A program made the position numbers and the translations under genes. Positions 18,643 through 25,376 of a DNA stretch of 40,774 bases are shown in pieces (position 1 is the stretch's first letter; each line of letters opens with the position of its first letter). The notes under the pieces are model-generated. The model was not told where the DNA came from. It was given only the letters and a program-made list of their open reading frames with translations, and did no database searches. Source of the DNA: a virus. Its lineage: Duplodnaviria > Caudoviricetes. The DNA is taken from positions 1 through 40,774 of the IMG/VR virus record IMGVR_UViG_3300017903_002336. One strand, 5' to 3'.

Positions 18643-19356
18643 TCAACCTCTCAATTTAAACAAGACATCACCACCTTCTACATCATTGTATGGCCAGTTT
18701 TGTTCCATATCATATCCGGGTAGAAGATTTGTAACAGTCTGAAGGTTAGTTGCACCCTCATACATCTCTTCCTCATGATATTCTGTGTAGATATAATCGA
18801 TTTTACCGATCATATTTTTTGCACCAAGGAAGACCTCCTTTTCTGCACCTTGAACATCCATCCACATAAAATCAATATGTTCAATACTGTTCTCTTCACA
18901 GAATGAATCAATACTACGAGTAGTTACCTCAATCTTCTCATCATAATGAATCATAGGCCAACGATTACCATATTTTGGACTGTTTACAATGGTCTTTGGT
19001 TCATAGATTGATCCCGAATATCTACCCCAGTCAACTCCTCCCCCAGGACCATTCACATTTCTACTTCTTGTAAAAGTAGTTCTTCCGTCTTGAGCTGAAA
19101 TTGCAACAGGAGTAAATGTATGACGACTATCAGTCCTGAGTTTTGTATTAGAATTACCCTTTACATCAACTCCACCCTCACCAGACATTGCTTTAATATT
19201 GGTAGGGTCAGGATCAAAAGTAAAGATCTTCATATTTTTTCCAAACTTACTAAGGAACTGTCTTGTATCAGTTCCATCAGCACAACCTACCTCAAAGATT
19301 ACAATTTGGTCACGTTTCCCTACAAGTTCGTAGATTTTATCAATTGAAATTCCCAC
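18643..19356 (-). CDS. FkbM family methyltransferase
   Basis: EVGCADG, IDFMWMDVQGAE, YTEY; start set at GTG 19356. Confidence 0.88.
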   Translation of the reverse strand: MGISIDKIYELVGKRDQIVIFEVGCADGTDTRQFLSKFGKNMKIFTFDPDPTNIKAMSGEGGVDVKGNSNTKLRTDSRHTFTPVAISAQDGRTTFTRSRNVNGPGGGVDWGRYSGSIYEPKTIVNSPKYGNRWPMIHYDEKIEVTTRSIDSFCEENSIEHIDFMWMDVQGAEKEVFLGAKNMIGKIDYIYTEYHEEEMYEGATNLQTVTNLLPGYDMEQNWPYNDVEGGDVLFKLRG

Positions 19357-20407
19357 TATCCTTCTCCTGAATTTGTGAATTAATCCATTCGTATGTTTTG
19401 CGAATACCCTCTTCAAGACTTTGAGAGTAATCCCATCCTAATTTATCACGAACAAGATCGTTGTTTGAATTACGACCACGGACACCAGTTGGTGCATCAA
19501 GTTTATAAAGTTTTCTAACTACCTTATTCGAAACCCTTGCTGTAGTATCTACTAATTCATTGATAGTGACCATCTCTTCTGAACCAATATTCACTGGTCC
19601 CATGAAGTCAGATTGCATCATTCGCCAAGTTGCTTCAATGCATTCGTCAATGAACAGGAAGGAACGAGTTTGTAAGCCATCTCCCCACACTTCGATTCCT
19701 CCACCGACCTTCGGGAGTCGAGCGACTTTACGGCAGATTGCAGCTGGAGCCTTCTCTCTTCCACCGTCCCAAGTTCCTTCGGGACCAAAGATGTTATGAT
19801 AACGAGCAATACGAACGGGAATACCATAGTTACGGTTGTAAGCAAGGTAGAGACGTTCTGAGAATAGTTTCTCCCATCCGTATTCCGAATCTGGGTTTGC
19901 TGGATATGCTGATTCTTCACGGCAATCGGGATTATCAGGATCGAGTTGATTATGTTCTGGATACATACATGCAGATCCAGAATAGAAAATCTTAGTCCTA
20001 TTTTGTTCCGTGTTCTCGTTCCACTTACGTTGTTCTTCTAGAACATTCAAGTTGATGGATACTGAGTTGTGCATGATGTCTGCATCATTCTCCCCAGTAA
20101 AAACAAAACCAGCACCACCCATATCAGCGGCAAACTGATAAATCTCATCAAATGGTTCAAGAAACTTATCTACAATTTGATTGTAGAAGTTACCGTTCTC
20201 TCCAGCATACTTGATACACCGACGAACAAAATTTACATCGCGAAGATCACCAACTACAAACTCATTAGCTTGATGATTGGAAAACTCTGGATACTTTAGA
20301 TCAACGCCACGAACCCAATATCCTTCAGAACGAAGACGTTTGACCATGTGACTACCAATGAATCCACCCGCACCTAATACAAGCGCGGTCTTTTTATATT
20401 CAGACAT
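19340..20407 (-). CDS. GDP-mannose 3,5-epimerase-like NAD-dependent epimerase
   Basis: GAGGFIG, AADMGGAGF, SACMYP, YGWEK, GGREKAPAAICRK, GVRGRNS. Confidence 0.9.
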   Translation of the reverse strand: MSEYKKTALVLGAGGFIGSHMVKRLRSEGYWVRGVDLKYPEFSNHQANEFVVGDLRDVNFVRRCIKYAGENGNFYNQIVDKFLEPFDEIYQFAADMGGAGFVFTGENDADIMHNSVSINLNVLEEQRKWNENTEQNRTKIFYSGSACMYPEHNQLDPDNPDCREESAYPANPDSEYGWEKLFSERLYLAYNRNYGIPVRIARYHNIFGPEGTWDGGREKAPAAICRKVARLPKVGGGIEVWGDGLQTRSFLFIDECIEATWRMMQSDFMGPVNIGSEEMVTINELVDTTARVSNKVVRKLYKLDAPTGVRGRNSNNDLVRDKLGWDYSQSLEEGIRKTYEWINSQIQEKDSGNFN

Positions 20408-20457
20408 AGATTCCATACATTACCCAATATTTATTATAAAAGTTTGGACTATTTGTG

Positions 20458-21279
20458 TCAATAGAGATCACACATCAAATCCAAACCCTGATCAATTGAA
20501 AGCTTAGGAATAAATCCAAGAGAGTCAAGTTTGTCAGTGTTCATTGTAAAGTTTTTAATCTGAAGATATTCTTGTTCATCTGGGAATGGAACATCAATCA
20601 ATTCACTTTTGCTACCTACTCTCTCTTTACAATATTCAATAACCTCTCTAAAAGTTCTAGTTACCCCTGTACCTACATTATAAATCTGATTTGGTCTACT
20701 CCATACCATCAAAGTATCTAATGCCCTACAGACATCCTCAACATACATATAATCCTTTAGATAATCTCCACCACCATACAACTGAATTGGATCATTTTTC
20801 TTGAGACATCGAATCAAATAACCAAGAACATTCTTTCCCTTGGTGACAGTGGGATCAATCCCAAAAACATTTCCTATTCTAAAGATACGATAATCAACAC
20901 CAAATGTTTTACAATATGAGATTACCAAAGACTCTGCACATCTCTTTGTAATTGAATAAAATCCTGTAGGGTTACATGGATCAGTCTCCTTTGCATCAAT
21001 GATATCATTTCCATATACAAACCCAGAACTTACAAAATTGAAAACAGTATCAGTTCTTTTACAATGAGATAATACCTCAGTAAGAATTTTGAGATTTGTA
21101 TCAATATCAATTTGAAGATCTTGAAATACATTCTGATTAGTTGTTGTACTAATCAGGTACAAAATGTCAGCTGACTCTGGATGTCTTTGTCCTCTTGGAA
21201 TAATAATATTGTTTGGATACATCCTACAGTAATTACTACCAATGTATCCTGTTCCACCAAAAACTGATAACATCATCAT
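20458..21279 (-). CDS. NAD-dependent epimerase/reductase (WcaG family)
   Basis: GGTGYIG, SSGFVYG, YSITK, DYMYVED. Confidence 0.9.
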   Translation of the reverse strand: MMMLSVFGGTGYIGSNYCRMYPNNIIIPRGQRHPESADILYLISTTTNQNVFQDLQIDIDTNLKILTEVLSHCKRTDTVFNFVSSGFVYGNDIIDAKETDPCNPTGFYSITKRCAESLVISYCKTFGVDYRIFRIGNVFGIDPTVTKGKNVLGYLIRCLKKNDPIQLYGGGDYLKDYMYVEDVCRALDTLMVWSRPNQIYNVGTGVTRTFREVIEYCKERVGSKSELIDVPFPDEQEYLQIKNFTMNTDKLDSLGFIPKLSIDQGLDLMCDLY

Positions 21280-21309
21280 TTCATTACCATACCAGATATC
21301 TATACTAAT

Positions 21310-21336
21310 AAAAAAAGAGGCCTTTGTAAAGGCCTC
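21310..21336 (-). terminator. Rho-independent terminator after the structured RNA
   Basis: GAGGCCTT/AAGGCCTC stem followed by T7. Confidence 0.88.
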
Positions 21337-21350
21337 AATCTTATAGGGTA

Positions 21351-21494
21351 TTCATGCCGCGCCAAGTTATTTTTTATAGAGTAATAACTAAATCTCTGGG
21401 TCCAATGACTCCACCACTTAGTTTTACGAACTAAGAAACGCGGGATTGAAGGGGTGACCTTCACCGACCAGGGCGTTATAGTCTTTCCGTGACT
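21351..21494 (-). ncRNA. manA/wcaG-type structured RNA
   Basis: Stems CUUAGUU/AACUAAG and AGUUAUU/AAUAACU, each followed by UGGYG; AGAG/CUCU pseudoknot potential; upstream of a WcaG-family gene; family recalled, not searched. Confidence 0.75.
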
Positions 21495-21800
21495 TTATAA
21501 GACACCATTAGAAAGTTTAGAGATATTGAGACCTTTGTTCATCTTAAGAATACGAACCAGTTCATTGAACTTAGCATCAACACTACCATCAGAAACAGTA
21601 GGTGATGTCTTTGATTCTAATTGACTCTTAAGAGATGCAACTTCAGCTTCCAGAGCAGCAAGTCTCTCATCAACCTTCGCTTGAGTTGCTCCAGTTGGTT
21701 TTTTATGAGTTTCTGCTTCAAGAGCCTTGAGTCTACTTTCAACTTCCTGATCATACTTAGACATAAATGCCCCAGAATCAGATGTCTTTCTAGTTGCCAT
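21495..21800 (-). CDS. Coiled-coil hypothetical protein
   Basis: Repeated RL.ALEAE; CTAAATA upstream. Confidence 0.8.
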   Translation of the reverse strand: MATRKTSDSGAFMSKYDQEVESRLKALEAETHKKPTGATQAKVDERLAALEAEVASLKSQLESKTSPTVSDGSVDAKFNELVRILKMNKGLNISKLSNGVL

Positions 21801-21823
21801 GTATCTAAAAGGTTATGTATTAT

Positions 21824-22060
21824 CTATTTAGATACTCGGTCTTTTAAGTAACAATTGACACTTGCAGGATCTAACCAACAGGTATAATCATAATCTTCCA
21901 TAGCAGTCATCAACTGCATTTGGTTATCACATAAGTACATGTCTTTATATTTTCCAGTCATAGAACTCATTTTTTGAATTCTGTAATCTGGAAATCCATT
22001 CTCAAGTGTTCCATTCTCGATGTAACGATAAGGAAATCTTTCAAGGATTACTTTCATCAA
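21824..22060 (-). CDS. Hypothetical protein
   Basis: Start overlaps upstream stop; normal composition. Confidence 0.8.
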   Translation of the reverse strand: MMKVILERFPYRYIENGTLENGFPDYRIQKMSSMTGKYKDMYLCDNQMQLMTAMEDYDYTCWLDPASVNCYLKDRVSK

Positions 22061-22272
22061 GCAACCTCTACTTGTTCCAAATCTTCAGCAAGACAGTCAA
22101 TCAGAATGTCATAATCATCAAGAGGATCACCAGAAAAAGTTACACCATCATTTTCGTAAAACTTACGAACCTTTTTGAAAAGTTTCGGATTCTTTACATC
22201 CAGGAAGAAGTCTCCGTTTACTGCGGAACGAAGAGTGGTGATGTCTTTCTTGAACCTTGTAGTGATTGTCAT
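22057..22272 (-). CDS. Hypothetical protein (MTITTRFKK...)
   Basis: Start set downstream of the promoter at 22295-22323. Confidence 0.8.
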   Translation of the reverse strand: MTITTRFKKDITTLRSAVNGDFFLDVKNPKLFKKVRKFYENDGVTFSGDPLDDYDILIDCLAEDLEQVEVA

Positions 22273-22294
22273 TGTCTTTCGTGTTGACCTTAGC

Positions 22295-22345
22295 AATATA
22301 AGGGTTTTGACTGGAATAGTCAAGAGGACAGTTTGGGAACTGTCC
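22295..22345 (-). promoter_or_regulatory. Sigma70-type promoter with upstream inverted repeat
   Basis: TTGACT-17nt-TATATT; GGACAGTT-4nt-AACTGTCC at 22326-22345. Confidence 0.75.
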
Positions 22346-22348
22346 AAG

Positions 22349-22421
22349 TGCTCCTTGAGGGGATCGAACCCACCTTAGCCGAATTATGAGTTCGGTGCAT
22401 TCACCAGATTGCTAAAGGAGC
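22349..22421 (-). tRNA. tRNA with CAT anticodon (probably Ile2, possibly elongator Met)
   Basis: Cloverleaf; CCGAA-CTCATAA-TTCGG; G1-C72 so not initiator; C4-G69 and C5-G68. Confidence 0.85.
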
Positions 22422-22423
22422 AA

Positions 22424-22495
22424 TAGGACTGTTGGGACTTGAACCCAAATCACTCCGTTATAAGCAGAGGGCCTTTACCTTTAGGCGACAGTCCC
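22424..22495 (-). tRNA. trnI: tRNA-Ile(TAT)
   Basis: Cloverleaf; CTCTG-CTTATAA-CGGAG; GGTTCAAGTCC T arm. Confidence 0.88.
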
Positions 22496-22505
22496 ATAAT
22501 ATGGG

Positions 22506-22679
22506 TTAGGATGCCTCGTTGTTATCTTCTGTATACATTTGATGTACATTATCGTCTACAGGTATCATTACCGCTGCAGACCCATCATCATTCACTATAC
22601 CTATTCGTTCTCCGTTTTCAACTCTTTCTATCAGATTGTCAAAATTGTCCTGAAATTCTTGCACCGTGAAGACTTCCAT
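22506..22679 (-). CDS. Phd/YefM antitoxin-like small protein (57 aa)
   Basis: MEVFTVQEFQDNFDNLIERVENGERIGIVNDDGSAAVMIP fits the Phd N-terminal pattern; absent from ORF track. Confidence 0.65.
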   Translation of the reverse strand: MEVFTVQEFQDNFDNLIERVENGERIGIVNDDGSAAVMIPVDDNVHQMYTEDNNEAS

Positions 22680-22713
22680 AATTGATAATATTTAGTGGGC
22701 CCTATAAGGGCAA

Positions 22714-22787
22714 TCGGGATGACAGGATTCGAACCTGCGGCCCCTGCTTCCCAAAAGCAGTGCTCTACCAAACTGAGCTACATCCCG
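22714..22787 (-). tRNA. trnP: tRNA-Pro(TGG)
   Basis: Cloverleaf; CTGCT-TTTGGGA-AGCAG. Confidence 0.95.
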
Positions 22788-22874
22788 TGGCGGAAGAGAG
22801 AGGATTCGAACCTCCGGTGCTATTAACACGGTTGTTTTCAAGACAACTGCCTTAAACCACTCGGCCACTCTTCC
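22788..22874 (-). tRNA. trnS: tRNA-Ser(TGA), CCA encoded
   Basis: Long variable arm; GTTGT-CTTGAAA-ACAAC; ends GCCA. Confidence 0.95.
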
Positions 22875-22876
22875 AT

Positions 22877-23125
22877 TTATCGGACATCAAAGTCCAATCT
22901 TCTGACCTTTCTTTTTCTCCTTTCTTCTTGAAAAGAAAGGTCAGAATGACTTAGGAAACTTTTAGGAATCGTTTCCCTGTTTGATTCTACCATAACAACC
23001 CTGGTTAAGTCAACAGCTGTAATTTTATCTTCTATCACTGTCATCATGTTAGGGCAACCACAACACTGAGTATGGTGATTGCTTTTTATTTCTCTATTAC
23101 ATTGTTTGCATCTTACAGTAATCAT
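22877..23125 (-). CDS. Cys-rich hypothetical protein (possible Zn ribbon)
   Basis: CKQC...CCGC; sits cleanly between two tRNAs. Confidence 0.8.
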   Translation of the reverse strand: MITVRCKQCNREIKSNHHTQCCGCPNMMTVIEDKITAVDLTRVVMVESNRETIPKSFLSHSDLSFQEERRKRKVRRLDFDVR

Positions 23126-23147
23126 TTTTCATAAGTCGATTGAATAA

Positions 23148-23219
23148 TGCTCGAAGAGGGATTCGAACCCCCGACACCCTCCGTGTAAAGGAGACATTCT
23201 ACCACTGAACTATTCGAGC
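23148..23219 (-). tRNA. trnV: tRNA-Val(TAC)
   Basis: Cloverleaf; TCTCC-TTTACAC-GGAGG. Confidence 0.95.
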
Positions 23220-23223
23220 TAGG

Positions 23224-23295
23224 CTCCCCCGGCAGGATTCGAACCTGCGACCAATCGATTAACAGTCGATGGCTCTACCGCTGAGCTACAGAGGA
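23224..23295 (-). tRNA. trnN: tRNA-Asn(GTT)
   Basis: Cloverleaf; ATCGA-CTGTTAA-TCGAT. Confidence 0.95.
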
Positions 23296-23303
23296 ATAAA
23301 ATA

Positions 23304-23435
23304 CTGTTACTACGTCCAAAGATAGTTGGTTCCGTAGTAACAGGGCCCGAGAAGGATCCCACTTCTCTCTCACATGGGTTGGGTTTCCGATTCTTTTTTC
23401 TCTCGGAGATGTGAGCACGGATGTCGCCAATCCGT
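23304..23435 (-). ncRNA. Unassigned four-stem structured RNA candidate
   Basis: Four back-to-back stems fill nearly all of the Ala-Asn spacer; no tRNA features. Confidence 0.6.
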
Positions 23436-23438
23436 TTA

Positions 23439-23511
23439 TGGAGAATAGGAGACTCGAACTCCTGACAGCCTGCTTGCAAAGCAGGTGCTCTACCAGCTGA
23501 GCTAATTCCCC
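23439..23511 (-). tRNA. trnA: tRNA-Ala(TGC)
   Basis: Cloverleaf; G3-U70; CCTGC-TTTGCAA-GCAGG. Confidence 0.96.
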
Positions 23512-23585
23512 TGGAGCCCCTATTCAGAATTGAACTGAAATCTGCTGCTTACAAAACAGCTGCATCACCATAATGCTTTAGAGGC
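23512..23585 (-). tRNA. trnT: tRNA-Thr(TGT), CCA encoded
   Basis: Cloverleaf; GCTGT-TTTGTAA-GCAGC; ends TCCA. Confidence 0.9.
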
Positions 23586-23587
23586 AT

Positions 23588-23625
23588 AACTCAGTCAGTA
23601 TAATACATATCAACTGAGTTGTAAA
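23588..23625 (-). promoter_or_regulatory. Sigma70-type promoter inside the tRNA array with inverted repeat
   Basis: TTTACA-17nt-TATACT; AACTCAGT/ACTGAGTT flank the -10. Confidence 0.65.
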
Positions 23626-23641
23626 TGGAACTAAGTTCCAA

Positions 23642-23715
23642 CAGGCAAGGAGGGATTCGAACCCCCGACCAACGCATTAGAAGTGCGTGGCTCTAATCCA
23701 CTGAGCTACTTGCCC
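23642..23715 (-). tRNA. trnR: tRNA-Arg(TCT)
   Basis: Cloverleaf; ACGCA-CTTCTAA-TGCGT. Confidence 0.95.
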
Positions 23716-23911
23716 TTATTGGACTTGAAGTACATACGATAGTATGCATACGATAGTATGTCTTCTTGATTTTGTCAAGGGTTTCCATGTCCTCTTGGAA
23801 ACCCATGTACTTGAGGAGTTGAGATGACCCCTCAAGTTCACTGATCAATCTTAACAGATTGGTAGGGGATCTGTCAAGTCCCCCAAATTTAAAATTAGAA
23901 GGATCCTTCAT
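23693..23911 (-). CDS. Hypothetical protein, C-terminus shifted by a 14-bp duplication
   Basis: Start set at MKDPSNF; runs into tRNA-Arg. Confidence 0.65.
   Translation of the reverse strand: MKDPSNFKFGGLDRSPTNLLRLISELEGSSQLLKYMGFQEDMETLDKIKKTYYRMHTIVCTSSPIRASSSVD
23733..23760. repeat. Perfect 14-bp tandem duplication CATACGATAGTATG x2
   Basis: Copies at 23733-23746 and 23747-23760. Confidence 0.95.
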
Positions 23912-24197
23912 ACATGTATGTAAGGTTTTCAGATCCTCCAATTGGATCAATGTGAAGAGTGGTTGATGAACTCTCAGTCGCAATATCGTACATCAGTTGA
24001 TGGATATCCACTGATTCAATTTCAACAGATTCCATTTCTTCTTCTTGTTCTTTGATGACCCTCTCTTGTTCCATATAATCAAGTTGTTTCTGTGACCTTA
24101 CAGCAGGACCAAACCAGATATCATCTTCCAAATATACTGGAGCAGGAACCCCAACATATGTAGATACACTTTCAATCTTGATTTCTTCGTTGTTCAT
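23895..24197 (-). CDS. Acidic hypothetical protein
   Basis: Packed ORF, Glu/Asp rich. Confidence 0.75.
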   Translation of the reverse strand: MNNEEIKIESVSTYVGVPAPVYLEDDIWFGPAVRSQKQLDYMEQERVIKEQEEEMESVEIESVDIHQLMYDIATESSSTTLHIDPIGGSENLTYMYEGSF

Positions 24198-24200
24198 TTA

Positions 24201-24815
24201 TCAAGCCCAAACGAGTTTTTTAGTATAATCATATGAATATTGACGACGATCTCCTTCAATACCCCAACCCAACCAATAGTATGCTGGAGTCATATATTCG
24301 CTCACAGTCAACCCAGATCCTTCAAACATTGGAAGATTATTTTGAAAGATATCTTCATTGATCATGTAACGAGTTTGACCTTCTAATGATGAAGGATCAC
24401 AGTCATACTTCTCACAAAAGTCTCCAAGACCTTTGTATCTACTAAGAGTTGTCCACTGAATCAAACCATACCCACCACTATAACACTTGTCATAAGAAAC
24501 ACGTGCACCACCTTCACAGATGTTAGGAAAAAACTTACTTTCCTGTTTAATATTTCCCATAATCGTTGCAAGAGCATTACGATCGGTAATTTGGGTATTC
24601 TCCTGAAGTTCAGCAAGAACGTATTGTTCATTGAAGTTACATTCAGGACACTTCCATTCCTTCTCAATAACTTCAATAGGTACTACATCTTCAAAATCAT
24701 CAACATCATTAATGAAATCATCAGCTTTATTTTCCACCGTTGAAGATGCTAGACAGGAAGTTCCTATGAATACTGTCGATAAAATTGCAAGTGAATTAAA
24801 AAGTGATTTAGTCAT
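24201..24815 (-). CDS. Phage tail-lysozyme-like cell wall hydrolase with N-terminal signal/anchor
   Basis: ALATIMGNIKQES and GYGLIQWT motifs. Confidence 0.8.
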   Translation of the reverse strand: MTKSLFNSLAILSTVFIGTSCLASSTVENKADDFINDVDDFEDVVPIEVIEKEWKCPECNFNEQYVLAELQENTQITDRNALATIMGNIKQESKFFPNICEGGARVSYDKCYSGGYGLIQWTTLSRYKGLGDFCEKYDCDPSSLEGQTRYMINEDIFQNNLPMFEGSGLTVSEYMTPAYYWLGWGIEGDRRQYSYDYTKKLVWA

Positions 24816-24829
24816 GAAATTAAATCAAG

Positions 24830-25258
24830 TTAAACATTAAAATAATCCTTGCGGTAGTACCGTCCGAGGATGTTGGAATTGTAGTACAGGGGCGTCTCGT
24901 CTGTCAACCGCTGTGACAAAACTTCATTGAGGAACAGCTGTCTGGTCTCCTCAAAATTAACCTTTCCCTTAGTATTATGTAGGGAAATTATTTGACGTGA
25001 AAATTTATCCTTACCATGAAAGGTCACATCCTCTTTAAGTTCAGGACATGACCCATAGTATTTTTTCCAGTCAGATTCTGACTTTACTCTTCTAGTCTTT
25101 CCTTTAGGTTTTCTAAACGACCAAAAATACTTTCTCCCAATGTATTGCCGCTTGTTGATGTCATTGGTAATGAGATAAACAAAACCATAGTTGTCCCCAA
25201 TAAGATCAGAGGTAAAGGGTTTACCTTCATACATCCATGGGTTTTCGTAGTCACACAC
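24830..25258 (-). CDS. GIY-YIG family nuclease (Seg-like catalytic domain)
   Basis: GFVYLITN...QYIG, YYGS, conserved E and YYN. Confidence 0.75.
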   Translation of the reverse strand: MCDYENPWMYEGKPFTSDLIGDNYGFVYLITNDINKRQYIGRKYFWSFRKPKGKTRRVKSESDWKKYYGSCPELKEDVTFHGKDKFSRQIISLHNTKGKVNFEETRQLFLNEVLSQRLTDETPLYYNSNILGRYYRKDYFNV

Positions 25259-25376
25259 TCAGTCTTCTTCATAGTCCTGAAATATGTAGTCATCAAGTTT
25301 TTTGGCCTCTATTGATCTCAAGTATTGGATATAAAGTCCAATAGCATTATCATTTGGATCCCCCTCTTGCCATTCT

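Noticed and set aside
23296-23438. Theta/HDV-like ribozyme or degenerate tRNA after tRNA-Ala
   Set aside because: I could not build the nested HDV double pseudoknot from the tRNA 3' end, and there is no T-loop or cloverleaf; kept as unassigned RNA
23219-23479. 86-aa ORF in the tRNA array
   Set aside because: Overlaps tRNA-Ala and tRNA-Asn; chance frame through structured RNA
25259-25376. Possible small gene between nrdB and the GIY-YIG gene
   Set aside because: The protein-like frame (...KLDDYIFQDYEED) has no start after upstream stops
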